Shown in pieces: positions 9,613 to 21,766 of a DNA stretch of 30,769 bases (positions are counted from its first letter, which is position 1; each line of letters starts with the position of its first letter). Source of the DNA: Chiloscyllium plagiosum (lineage: Eukaryota). A model generated the notes under the pieces. The model was not told the DNA's origin and did not search any database. It was given only the letters and a program-made list of their open reading frames with translations. The stretch is from the NCBI RefSeq assembly GCF_004010195.1, contig NC_057719.1, positions 80,240,709-80,271,477 of the forward strand, read 5' to 3'. The position numbers and the translations under genes are program-made.

Positions 9613-10682
9613 GCTTATAATCGGAGGAGACCTTTGTCTCATCAGGCTGAGGTAGAGGTAACCAAAGGCCATGGAGGTGAAAGGTCAGGGCCCAATTGAC
9701 TGCAGCTTCTTTACTCCAGTTTGGTGTGATGTAAATAAATACACAATATACAAATATACAAAGACTGTCACCTTCATAAAATCAAACAGTCACACAGCAC
9801 AGAAGAGCCCCTTGAGACCATTGAGTCTGTGCCAATGTATCTGAACTCATTCTAACTTGCAGCACTTGGTCCATATTCATAGGCTGCATGGACTATAGAC
9901 AGAAACTAAATGCATACTTCAATGGAATTATGCAGAAGCCTGAGTCCTAGATAAATTGGCATTAACTGAAAAAAAATAGCATTACTGAGCCAGAAAGTTG
10001 CCTTTGTAATTTTATTCAAGAACTATTGTTTAATTGATAATTGACCCTGAGTTAATCAGCGTTTCAAGGACAAACACCATTATTGGTTCTGCTCCTGGAG
10101 AGCACCATGACTGATCTATCACTATTAATGAATTGGACAGCATCACAAAGGAAATCTATCTAAATATTGTTAAATATTTAACTTTCTTTCTTAGACTGTT
10201 GCCGTTATGCATTTTATCACTGAGCGGAATACTTAACTATGCTTGTCTTTCACTGTCAGCAACAAGTGCAGCATTAAGAAGGTTCATTGTAATATTTTCT
10301 CTACACTGCCCCAACGATAAGTTGGAATCTTATTATACGTGATGAATCTTATTATACCCACACAGAGCCATGAGTGTTAACAGCTATCTGCTTCCTGCCC
10401 CATCCTACCTATGTAAAGGCAATCCATTTGTCACCATGCTTGACAATTCCACAAGTTGCTACATTACCCACCAGCTTCCCAGTGTGGCATTTCATCAATG
10501 AGCCTTCTGAAAAATGTCAAGATCTACAACATCGGCCATCTTGCATTCACCATTCTTTTAAATAATCCCTTCAAACAGTTCAATAAGTTTGGACAAGCAG
10601 AAACTCCATTGTACAGAGGCCCTAATAATCTCTGTACTACTGAGCGAAATCATACACTGTAGCTCTAATAATAACTTACAAG

Positions 10683-10808
10683 CGAAAGAAGGACCTTGCA
10701 TTAATTTAATGCTTTTTGCGACCCCAGGATACCTAATAATGTACTCTTTGAATTGCTGTAATGTAGGAAGAGCTGCGGGCAATTTGCACACATTAAATCC
10801 CCACATAT
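10683..10808 (-). mobile_element. Degraded DeuSINE 3' fragment
   Basis: GAAAGAAGGACCTTGCATT...GCTGTAATGTAGGAA...GCAATTTGCACAC aligns by eye with the adjacent copy starting at 10825. Confidence 0.55.
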
Positions 10809-11034
10809 ACATAAGTGATGACAAAGAAAGAAAGACTTATATTTATATAGTGGTTTTCAAAACCATTGGATATCAGAGCATTTTACACAAAATGAAATTT
10901 GTTTTCTTGAAGTGTAGTCACTGTCATAATGTAGGAAACGCAGTCGCTTAATTGTGCGCAGCAAGTTCCCATAAGCAACACTGCAACAATGACCAGATAA
11001 TCTGTGTAATCTGCAACTGGACAAGGCCTTAATA

Positions 11035-11571
11035 AGACTGTACCTCTGGAATTTTGCACACAGTCTTTGTACCTTTACTTGAAGAGGGAGGTAATTGCGT
11101 TGGAAGCAGGAAGCAGTTCAGAGGCGGTTCACTAGATTGATTCCAAATGTGTTAGGTTTGCTTATGAAGAGACATTGAGCAGTTTGGGCCTACACGCTCT
11201 AGAGTTTGGAAGAATGCCAGGAGATCTAACTGAGGTATATAAGATGCTGAAGGGGATTGACATGGAGCGAATATTTCCCCTGGTGCAGGATAATCAAGAA
11301 GGTGAGATCACAGTTTTTGGGTAAGGGGAGAAATTACTTCTCTCAAAGGGTCGTGAATCTGTGGAATTCACTACCCCAAAGTGCAGTGGATGCTGGGACA
11401 TTGGATAAATTTAAGGAGGAGATAGACAGATTTTTAATTAGTAATGGGTTGAAGAGTTATGGAGAGTAGAGTAGAGTTGAGGCCAAGATAAGATCAGCCA
11501 CAACCACATTGAACGGCACAGCAGGCTCAAGGGACTGAATGGCCTGCTCCTTTTCCTAGTTACTATGTTCT
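11035..11571 (+). mobile_element. CR1 3' fragment
   Basis: NYFSQRVVNLWNSLPQSAVDAGTLDKFKEEIDRFL, plus a 3' UTR ending GAATGGCCTGCTCC...CTATGTTC. Confidence 0.88.
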
Positions 11572-11737
11572 TTTTTCATGTTGATTAAGGGATAAATATT
11601 GGTGTTAATACTTGGATAACTCCTTTCTTCTGCTTTGGAGCAATGCCATGTTTTTGACCCAACTGTCATGATCCTGTTTGGGACCAGGCCACCAAATATA
11701 TGCTGTGATCTGGTTAGCAGCCACCAACTTATTTATA

Positions 11738-12073
11738 ACGGTGGCTCAGCGGTTAGCATTGCTGCTTCACAGCGCCAGGGACCTGGGTTTGATTCCAGCC
11801 TTGGGCTACTGTCTGTGTGAAGTTTGCACACTTTTCCCATGTCTGCATGGGTTTCCTGCGGGTGCTCTGGTTTCCTCCCACAATCCAAAGATATGAAGGT
11901 TAGGTGAATTGGCTAGCTAAATTGTCCATAATCTTCAGGGATGTGTAGGTCAGGGGTAAGTGTAGAGTAATAGGGTAGGGGAATGGGTCTGAGAGGGTTA
12001 CTCTTTGGAGGGTCAGTGTGGGCTTGTTGGGCTGAATGGCCTTTTTTCGCATTGTAGGGGTTCTATGATTCCA
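11738..12073 (+). mobile_element. HE1-type SINE
   Basis: A and B boxes, V-domain, and a GATTCTAT-type tail. Confidence 0.9.
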
Positions 12074-13128
12074 GACAAGTTGTGTAAGATCCGAGATACT
12101 TAGCAAAAGAATGAAGCTTTACAATTCCAATGTTTTGAATAAAAACCAATAAACGATAAACAAAGTTAGAAAAAGAATGCAATCTACTCTAATATAATTC
12201 ATAATCTAATATGCAGATTTAACCTGAGGTAAATGTGACTAACAGATAGACTGTGGTTGAACACCCATATCAAAAATCAAATACAGTCAAAATAGATCCC
12301 ATTGATTTCTCACCAACTCCCCAGATGTTGACAACACTGAATCATCAAAACTCATTAATACTTTTCAAGGGACCCTAGTTCCTCCCTTTTGAAGACTTAA
12401 CTTCACATCTTTTACAAAGCCACTACATCATGACTGCTCCAGTGACTACTTTTGTTCAGGTAATGCACCTCCCTGTTCTCCTGGATTCTGAAAAGCTGCA
12501 CTCTAGCACCTACTCACAAGTAATACTTCCTCCAGTATTTCTTTCAGTGAGTAGACCTCTGAAGTCTCTGAGCAGTGACAGCTGATCAGCGTGCCTGGAA
12601 CCTCGGAACGACTGTGTGACGACACAGTCTAGAGGGAAGACTGCTCAGTTCACAACCCCAACTTTCAGACAGCTAGCTTCACCAAACCAATACGGCTCCT
12701 AGGATTTTCTTGATTTTCAAACTTGCTCAAGCAAATGATGCTGATGGGTTTTCCAACCCCCCACTCCCAGCAACACCGAATATTAACTGCTCACAGGATT
12801 CGTCTGAGATCCTCCCAACTTCTAGGCCTTTCCTGCTTCCCTAACTCTAACACTATACTGCTTTACTGGCTCCTAGTACTGTCCGTGAGTCCTAACTGCA
12901 TAGAACTATCTAATGGCGTTAGGATTTCTCCCTGATCCTTAATTGTACAGTGCAATTCAGCTGTCCTCTCAGCAGTGTTGATTATCAGAAGGTCTGCTTA
13001 CAGCCTGTTTCTGTATCTCTCTGTCTCACACTGTCTTACTGTATCTGTTTCTAACCCACTGTAATCTTTTAACTGCTCTCCTGTAACTCTTGGGCTGTTT
13101 TGTGACTGATTGAAACTTTAGCAACAAA

Positions 13129-14201
13129 AACTGGCTCAAAGGTAGAAGACAGAGGGTGGTGGTGGAGGATTGTTTTTCAGACTGGAGGCCTGTGATCAGT
13201 GGAGTGCCACAAGGATCGGTGCTGGGTCCACTACTTTTCATCATTTATATAAATGATTTGGATGTGAACATAAGTGGTACAGTTAGTACGTTTGCTGATG
13301 ACACCAAGATTGGAGGTGTAGTGGACAGCGAAGAAGGTTACCTCAGATTACAACAGGATCTGGACCAGATGGGCTGAGGAGTGGCAAATGGAGTTTAATT
13401 TAGATATATGTGAGGTGCTGCATTTTGGGAAAGCAAATCTTAGCAGGACTTATGCACTTAACAGTAAGGTCTCAGAAAGTGTTGCTGAACAAAGAGACCT
13501 TGGAGTGCAGATTCATAGCCCCTCGAAAGTGGAGTCGCAGGTAGATAGGATAGTGAAGAAGGCGTTCAGTATGCTTTCCTTTATGGGTCAGAGTATTGAG
13601 TGCAGGGGTTGGGAAGTCATGTTGCGGGTGTACAGGACATTGGTTAGGCCACTGTTGGAACATTGCGTGCAATTCTGGCCTCCTTCCTATCGGAAAGATG
13701 TTGTGAAACTTGAAAGAGTTCAGAAAAGATTTACAAGGATGTTGCCAGGGTTGGAGGATTTGAGCCATAGGGAGAGGTTGAATAGGCTGGGGCTGTTTTC
13801 CCTGGAGCGTTGGAGGTTGAGGGGTGACATTATAGAGGTTTATAAAATCATGAGGGGCATAGATAGGATAAACAGACAAAGTCTTTTTCCTGGTGTGGGG
13901 GAGTCCAGAACTAGAGGGCATAGGTTTAAGGTGAGAGGGGAAAGATATAAAAGAGACCTAAGGGGCACCTTTTTCATGCAAAGGGTGGTACGTGTCTGGA
14001 ATGAGCTGCCAGAGGAAGTGGTGGAGGCTAGTCTAATTGCAACATTTAAAAGGCATCTGGATGGATATATGAATAGGAAGGGTTTGGAGGGATATGGACC
14101 AGGTGCTGGCAGGTGAGACTAGATTAGGTTGAGATATCTGGTCAGCATGGACGAATTGGACCGAAGGGTCTGTTTCTGTGCTGTACATCTCTATGACTCT
14201 A
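13129..14201 (+). mobile_element. 5'-truncated CR1/HER1 LINE (RT C-half to 3' UTR)
   Basis: SGVPQGSVLGPLLFIIYINDLD...FADDTK, one frameshift near 13375, then open frame to the stop at 14116 and a CTCTATGACTCTA tail. Confidence 0.95.
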
Positions 14202-15307
14202 AGTGCTCCCTTCGTTCCTGAGCATGTTTGAATGCAACCACTGGAATGCCTATTTCCCTGAATGTTACTATATTCATGCATTGTTAGCTTCCACAGTATA
14301 ATTGGATACAAAGATAAATGCATTTCAGATAGGACCTCACTCAATAGACACCATAGCACTCTCTCAGTACTACACTGGGAACGCCAGCCTAGATTATGGG
14401 CTCAAAATCCTGCAATGTGGACTTGATGCTGACACTGAGGGATGTGTTAACCAATGAGCTATTGGTGATTAATCCTACATAGTGGATAGATGCTGTGAGC
14501 TCCAACAATTATCGCTCACACCCATCAGGTGGGAGTGCCCTGTTGTATGATAGCATGGATTTCCAATCCTTCAGATTGTGTGATATGCTGTACTGTCTGA
14601 GTCAGAGGCATGAAACATTACCACTGAAACAAAACCTCACTGTCCCCAGAGTCCTGTTCTGAGTGCTGCTGAATAGAGTTACCTCAGCACTCACCTGCGG
14701 AATATAATCTCAGTGGTGTAACAGTCAGCGAATCAAACAACTGAGAACCAAACACTCATTTTCAACAGCAGAAGAAACTGGAATTGTTTAAAATAATTTA
14801 TACATCACTACGGTCGTAATGATGAGAGGATTATCTCAAATCAATACTTTGCTTCATGCAGTGAAGCCTTCATTCAGTTTGAAGTCCTTTCCAACTCCCT
14901 TGTATAATACAATTGATTAAGTGATCTCCATGTCATTGTATATTACTTTTCATAAGATAAAAAACCTATTTCATTCTTGTATGATGAGATATCAAACATC
15001 CAAGGACCTGTAGTAATGAAATATTTTCAGTGGATAGTGTAAAGAAAAGTCGCATGGTACCATTCGATAAAGAGCATCCCGGTCTAATGTTTATTCCCCC
15101 AACCAATGTCTGGCCGTTTATTTGGAAAGATGGCTGTCAAAGTGGCCATGTACATGCTCAAATGGCTCCCGTGACATCAGTAACTGTTGTCAGTCATCCC
15201 TAAGCCAGAATGAATCTGTGTGTGCGTTTGATGACCTTATATTCCATACGCAGTAATGGCACATCAGCCGCACATGAGCAAACGGTCATTCTGCGGCTGA
15301 AGTTCGA

Positions 15308-15741
15308 GGGGCAGAGGCCTGGGAGAGAGGTAAAGGCCTGGGACTGGAGTAAAGGCCTGGGAGTGGGGGCAAAGACCTGGGAGTGGGGTAAAGGCCTGGG
15401 AGTGGGGACAAAGGCCTAGGGATGGGGGACAGGTCTGGGAGTGGGACAAAGGCCTGGGAGTAGGAGAAAGGTGTGGGAGTAGGGGTAAAGGCCAGGGAGT
15501 GGGACAAAGACCTGGGAGTAGGGTAAAGGCCTGGGAGTGGAGTAAAGGCTGGGAGTGGGGACAAAGGCCTGGGACTGGGGACAAAGGCCTGGGGGTGGGG
15601 TACAGGTCTGGGAGTGGGACAAAGGCCAGGGAGTAAGAGTAAAGGCCTGAGAGTGGGGTAAAGGCCTGGGAGTGAAGGCAAAGGCCTAAAAGTGGCGTCA
15701 AAGGCCTCGGATTGCAGGAAAAGGCCTGGAGTGGGGACAAA
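15308..15741 (+). repeat. G-rich minisatellite, about 20-bp unit AAAGGCCTGGGAGTGGGG(T/AC), roughly 21 copies
   Basis: Directly visible imperfect tandem repeat. It explains the Pro/Leu-rich ORFs in all three minus frames. Confidence 0.95.
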
Positions 15742-16006
15742 TGTCATGACGTAATGCTGACCATTCTGCCTGGCTGCTCCTCATGGTTGCTGGGAGGTAG
15801 TAGCTCTGGGCTCGACTTGGAATTAGGGAGGTGTGGCCTGACACTCCAAAGCTACTGAAATCAGCTTCACTGAATACCTGAGGGCTGGGTCAATAGGTGG
15901 CTGTTCTGGTTGGAAGGCAGCTGGATCTGTCACTTGGCGTTACCCGGTGGAGATTCTGTGCCTGTGTGCTGTTTGTGCCATCTAGACATGGTAATGCTAT
16001 TAAAGA

Positions 16007-16084
16007 TAAAGCTCAGACAACACCAGGTTATAGTCCAACAGGTTTATTTGGAAGTACAAGCTTTCGGAGCTTCATCAGGTAGCT
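16007..16084 (-). mobile_element. 78-bp Penelope 3'-end retrocopy (hammerhead motif plus tail) with a perfect 13-bp TSD
   Basis: Homologous to 4386-4465. ATGCTATTAAAGA occurs at 15994-16006 and 16085-16097. Confidence 0.85.
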
Positions 16085-16109
16085 ATGCTATTAAAGACAG
16101 CGTTACACC

Positions 16110-16380
16110 ATTGCTGAAATGATATAAGCGATGAAACAGTTAATTTCTATACAGCAAGTTCCCATAAACAGTGACTTGACAATGACTAGAGAACCTGTTG
16201 ACAAAGAGATAAAAATTGGCCAGGATTGGCAGGAGTTCCCCCCCCACCCGCACCCAGCATTTCTTCAGTATAGATCTTTGTAGCACACATTCTTTCATAT
16301 CTTGAGAAAATTGATAAGGCTTTGGCCTAATGCCTCATCCAAAGGAAATGGTACCTCAGTGTTGCACTCCATGTTGCAGG
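16110..16380 (-). mobile_element. Degraded DeuSINE
   Basis: CAGCAAGTTCCCATAAACAG...AATGAC...GATAAAAATTGGCCAGGA...CTCATCCAAAGG...GTGTTGCACTCC. Confidence 0.6.
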
Positions 16381-16639
16381 CTTTAAACTAATCAGTGTAC
16401 AACATTGCAATGACTTTAATGTAAATATTTTAGGAGTCATGCTGCCTGGAACCCTACAGGGTGAAGATCAGAGAAGCAATTAGATGTATCTTTCAATTTC
16501 CTACCTGAAACAATTTCTCTTCTCATGCAGTGACCCCAAACATGTTAGTGGGGACCATTGGGTAATTGTCAGAAGTCACAACCCGGGCTGATTTTATGCT
16601 TCCCTGTTCCCCAGTGGGGCTGAAACCAGTTGAATGTCA

Positions 16640-17108
16640 AGCTTTTGAGTTAGAAGGAATTGGGTTCAGTCCCCACTCCAGAAACGGAACATAAAATCCA
16701 GATGCACTCTGAGTACACTACCAAGGGCGTGCTGCACTGCCAGAGATACTGTCTTTCAGCTAAGGCCTTAGGCTGAGGCCACAAAGAAACCACAGAAATT
16801 AGATGTTTCACGTCCATTCAGCCCATTCAGTCCAGGCTGGATGGATGTGAAACATCTTACATCACCATTTGAAAGAAGAGCAAAGGAGTTATCCTTAATG
16901 TTCTGGCCAATATTTATTCCTGAACTAGCGCCATCGAGCACAGATTATAGGGGTCACCACCGGTTTGATGTTTGTGACATCTTTCTGTCTCACAAACTGC
17001 TGGTTACATTTACCACAATGCACCAGTGACAGCATTTCAAAAGTATTTACTGTAATTGGTTGTAGAGTGATTTGGGAAGACAATGAGGAAGTGCATGCTT
17101 TCCTTCCC
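16640..17108 (+). mobile_element. DeuSINE (SacSINE1/AmnSINE1-like), near full length
   Basis: GGGTTCAGTCCCCACTCCAG B-box region and Deu-domain GGGCGTGCTGCACTGCCAGAGATACTGTCTTTCAG...GAAGAGCAAAGGAGTTATCC...TGGCCAATATTTATTCC. Confidence 0.75.
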
Positions 17109-18344
17109 TTCACCACCTTGGTTGAGTTGAATGCCCTCTGTATTGTTCGGAATTGTGGCCTAAAGCTCCGTGATTATTCTGAGCTTATACAGTAGGTCAC
17201 AAAAGTTTGTGGAGGAGCCGTAAGGGGGTGCTTCTCTGGTGGTTTGCTGGAGTGATTTGCCTGGGAGTTTGGCTCTGTCCTTCACAAAAATACAGCTGAC
17301 CTATCCACACACACACACTGGCTGCAACAGATAACATAACGGAGCGTTCGGGTCTGAGGGAGATAAAGCGGTCATTGTCAAGGGGACAAACATTCTGGAG
17401 AGGGGGTGGTAAGGGGCAGGCACAAGACTGTAAGTGCTCACTTATATTTCTCGTTGTCTAAAGACAGTATCCTTCCAACAGCCTTACTCCACAATTCCCT
17501 GGAATTATCACTGTTGTCACATTTTGTTGGTGACATACAAAAAAAAAATTACAGCCAGTGGAGGCAAACTGGTAACAGACTGAGTAGCTCCTCCAGGGAT
17601 GATGCATTATATCCTGGTTAACACTTTCAGCTACTGACTGCCTCTAACAACATTCCCAGCCTTCCTGTTCCTTTGTGAGGCACTCTCGTGCTGTGCTCTT
17701 GGCCAGAATTCTCCAACAAAACCACCAACAACAAAACCCTTGCCATAACATCTTTAGCAAATGAGGCATGCAGTGGCACAAGCAAAAGTGAAGTATTTCC
17801 CCTTGTGCTTTCCCTGCCTTGTGAATTGTGATGTGTGCAAATTAGACAAGGTAGGATCAGGTCTAAACTTTGCAGAGTACTTTGAGAGGTAGGGTAGCCC
17901 TTTGGAGTAGAGCAGTACCCTTTTGGTTAATGTCCTCGGACACCTTTGGTGGAGCTCATGCGCTTGCTGGAGGGGTCAGGTGCCATTTGGGAGATGTAAG
18001 CTGCTGTTTGGGATTGTTAAAAGTAGACATTTGCACTCACTGGTATGGTCATGTTCATTGGAACTATAAGAGAGCTGTTAAAAAGAAGCTGTTAAAAGAA
18101 ATTGTCAAGTGTCTCTAGGAGCTGTCAAAAGGAACTGTCAACAGTGCCATCAAAGGGCGTTGACATGCTGTCCAGCATTTAAAGCTCATGTTCTTGTGCT
18201 CATTTGAAGAAGCAAGTCTGGAGCGATAGAAAGATTATTGCTTTCTGTGTTACTTCATCTGCTGAGATGAGCCTGAGTGTTACCATTATTGGATTAGACC
18301 TGAATGAATGACTTCATAATGTTCTCTTATTCAAGTGGGGTCTC

Positions 18345-19400
18345 TCTCAGTTCATTTGATATGTACCGAGGTGCAGTGAAAAGTTTTGTTTTGCGTGTGG
18401 CACAGACAGATCACACCATACAAAGTGCATTAGGATAGTACAACAGAGTGAGGAATGCAATGTTATAGAATCACAGAATCCCTCGAATAGCTACAGAGAA
18501 GATGCACAAAGACCAAAATCAATATTACGTTTAAAATTTGATAGACCTATTCAGAAGTCTATTGAATCTATTCGTACGTGTACACAAGCTTTTATACCTT
18601 CTGCCCATTAGAAGAGGGTGGAAGAGAGTATAACCAGGGTGGGAGGGGTCTTTGATTATGTTGGTTGCTTCCCCGAGGCAGAGGGGAGTATAGATAGAGT
18701 CAATGGATGGAAGGCTGGTTTGTGTGATAGTCTGGGCTGCGTCCATGACTCTTTAGTTTCTTACGGTCTTGGGCAGAGCAGTTGCCACACCAAGCTGTGA
18801 TGCATCCAGATAGGATGCTTTCTATGGTACATCTGTAAAAATTGGTAAGAGTCCTTGTGGGCGTGCCAAATGTCCTTAACCTCCTAAGGAAGTAGAGACG
18901 TTGTTGTGCTTTCTTGACCATTGTGTCAATGTAGGTGGATCAGGACAGATTGTTGGTGATCATCATTCCCAGGAACTTGATGCTGTTGACCATGTCCACC
19001 TCAGCACCATTGGTGCAGATAGTGATGTGCTCTCTACTTTCTGAGGTCAATGACCATCTCCTTCGTTTTGCTGACATTGAGGGAGAGACTGTTGTCTTTA
19101 CATCATGCCACTAAGCCCTCAATGTCTTTTCTGTATTCCATCTCATCTTTCTTTGAGATCTGCCCTACAATGGTAGTGTCATCAGCAACTTGATAATAGA
19201 ATTAGAGTGGAATTTGGCCACACTGTTGTAAGTGTATAAGGAGTGTAATAGGGACCTGAGGATGCAGCTTTGTGGGGCATTGGTGTTGAGGATTATCAGG
19301 GAGGAGGTGTTGTCGCCTATTCTTACTGATTATAGTCTATGGGTCAGGAAGTTGAGTATCCAGGTACAGGTCTAGGTCTTGCAGTTTAGGGACGAGTTTG
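18345..19400 (-). mobile_element. Rex1/Babar-like non-LTR retrotransposon 3' fragment
   Basis: VKKAQQRLYFLRRLRTFG...LTNFYRCTIESILSGCITAWCGNCSAQDRKKL. An RT (F/Y)ADD-like ADDTTIVG lies near 19165-19190 and APQ-like sequence near 19270. Confidence 0.85.
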
Positions 19401-19486
19401 TTATAGTTTGATGCTTCAAGTGGGAGCTGAAGGGGGACAATGAATTCTAACAGTTGTTTATATAAACAATAAAGGACATTAATACA

Positions 19487-20864
19487 AAGAACAAGAACAA
19501 AGAAAATTACAGCACAAGAACAGGCCCTTCGGCCCTCCAAGCCAATCCTCTATCTAAATCTGCTGCCTATTTTCTAAGGGTCTGTATCCTTTTGGTCCCT
19601 GCCCATTCATCTAACTGTCTAGATACATCTTAAATGACACTATTAAGCCCACCTCTACCAACTCCGCTGGCTATGCGTTCCAGGCACCCACCACTCTCTG
19701 CGTAAAGAACATTCCATGCTTATCTTCCCTAAATTTTTCCCCTCTCAGTTTGAACTTGTGACCCTTAGTAATTGAGTCCTCCACTCTGTGAAATAGCTTC
19801 TCACTATCAGGGTGGACCCTGACTACACTTCTCATGATCTTGTAGACCAATCAGGTCCTCCCTCAACTTTCGTCTTTCTAATGAAAATAATCCTAATCTA
19901 CTCAACCTCTCTTCATAGCTAGCACCGTCCATACCAGGCAACATCCTGGTGAACCTCCTCTGCACGCTCTCCAAAACATCCACATCCTTTTGGTAATGTG
20001 GCGACCAGAATTGTATGCAGTATTCCAAATGTGGCCGAAGCAAAGTCTTCTACAATTGTACCATGACCTTTGAAGGAAAGATACTGTAAGCCTTCTTGAC
20101 CACTCTATTGAAATGCATTGCCACCTTCAGAACAAAATGGACCTGAACACCCAGATCTCTCTGTACATCGATTTTCCCCAGGACTTTTCCATTTATTTGG
20201 ATCTTCCAAAATGCATCACCTCGCATTGGCCCAGATTGAACTCCATCTGCCATTTCTCTGCCCAACTCTGCAATCTATCTATATTCTGCTGTATTCTCTG
20301 ACAGTGCCCTTCACTATCTGCTACTCCACCAATCTTAGTGTCATCTGCAAACTTGCTAATCAGACCACCTATGCCTTCCGCCAAATCATTTATGTATCTC
20401 ACAAGCAACAGTGGTCCCAGCATAATCCCTGTGGGACACTACTGGTCACAAGGTCTCCATTTTGAGAAACTGCCTTCTACTACTACTCTCTGTCTCCTGT
20501 TTCCAAGTCAGTTCTCTATCCATTTAGCTAGTACACCCTGGACCCCATGCAACTTCACCTTCTCCATCAGGCTACCATGGGGAACCTTACCAAATGCCTT
20601 ACTGAAGTCCATGTATATGACATCTACGGCCCTTCCCTCATCAATCAACTTTGTCACTTGCTCCAAGAATTCTGTTAAGTTGATAAGACATGACCTTCTG
20701 TGCACAAAACCATGTTGCCTGTCACTGATAGGCCCATGTTCTTCCAAATGGGAATAGATCCTATCCCTCAGTATCTTCTCCAGCAGCTTCCCTACAACTG
20801 AGGTCAGGCTCACCGGTCTATAATTACCTTGAATATCCCTGCTACCCTTCTTAAACAAGGGGAC
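19487..20864 (-). mobile_element. 5'-truncated CR1 LINE with internal deletions
   Basis: FKKGSRDIQGNYRPVSLTSVVGKLLE...VDVIYMDFSKAFGKVPH...LGPLLLVRYINDL...FADDTK...LRPHLEYCIQFWSP. Confidence 0.95.
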
Positions 20865-21474
20865 TGGTATTTTATCAATAAGAATTTTTCTTTTAGATTT
20901 TGTAATAGAGACTTAAGCACATTAGTCTTTGCTCATCTGAGCATGGTTACTGAGGTTTATCAAAGTTGAGTCTAAGTGGAAGGCTGTTTTTGTGTAATTT
21001 CGGTGATTTTAAGACAGTCTTTGATAAAATGCTGGTGTATCAAGGCAGACTCTGTGACCAGCCCACTTTTGCATCAGCATCCTCAACAGATTTCCTACCA
21101 TTAATCCCAGAAAGTTTGATAACACTGGAATAAATATTTGAAGCTCCAGGGCACCTGTTTATGGCTTAGTTTGCACAGCCAAGAATTGTCATGTACTGTC
21201 TGTGTTTCTTATCTGGCAACAAAAATTCAGGCCATGTTTTTAAAAACATTCCACTGGATGGCCTGTTAATCTGTGCACCTGAGTAGTTGGCATATTCTTC
21301 TTTAAACAAACAGTTGTTAAATATTTGTTTTTACTGTTAAACAAATACTGATTGTTATATCAAAGGTCCCAACCAGTTTTTGAATATGTAAAAAAACACT
21401 TTTTCCAATGGGTAAAGAACTCTAATGTGTGTGAGCACTTACAAAATATTGAACAATGTAATCGTTCAACTTAT

Positions 21475-21766
21475 CGGCACAGTGGCTCGGTGGTTAGCAC
21501 TGCTGCCTCACAGCACCAGGGTCCCAGGTTCGATTCCAGCCTTGGGTGACTCTCTGTGTGGAGTTTGCACATTCTCCCCGTGTCTGCGTAGGTTTCCTCC
21601 CATTGTCCAAAGATGTGCAGCTCAGGTGAATTGGCCATGCTAAATTGCCCATAGTGTTAGGTCAGTTAGTCAGAGGGAAATGGATTTGGGTGGGTTCCTC
21701 TTTGGAGGGTTGGTGTGGACTGGTTGGGCCCAAGGGCCTGTTTCCACACTGTAGGGAATCTAATCT
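21475..21766 (+). mobile_element. HE1-type SINE
   Basis: GTGGCTCGGTGG A box, GGTTCGATTCC B box, V-domain, and GGGCCTGTTTCCACACTGTAGGGAATCTAATCT tail. Confidence 0.92.

Larger units (their letters stand above)
11664..14295. mobile_element. Possible solo LTR (about 1.2 kb net), interrupted by HE1 and CR1
   Basis: Begins TGTCATG exactly where the DeuSINE breaks and ends ...TTCCACA shortly before it resumes. No matching TSD is visible. Confidence 0.35.
10825..14465 (-). mobile_element. DeuSINE split into three pieces (10825-11005, 11572-11663, about 14320-14465) by later insertions
   Basis: The pieces are colinear with the reverse of the + copies at 16640 and 24062: tail, then TGTTGATTAAGGGATAAATATTGG, then AGCACTCTCTCAGTACTACACTGG...CCAATGAGC. 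Confidence 0.65.

Noticed and set aside
10589..10951. 120-aa ORF
   Set aside because: It runs antisense through two degraded DeuSINE tails and has no recognisable domain.
13388..14116. Longest ORF (242 aa) as a host gene
   Set aside because: It is the C-terminal part of CR1 ORF2 in a 5'-truncated, frameshifted copy.
15264..15747. Pro/Leu-rich repetitive ORFs, or a CRISPR-like array
   Set aside because: All three minus frames are open only because the C-rich minisatellite strand lacks stops. Units are contiguous with no unique spacers, and the context is eukaryotic.
17290..17450. GATA / E-box / NK-type motif cluster
   Set aside because: A few short motifs with no independent support; compatible with chance.
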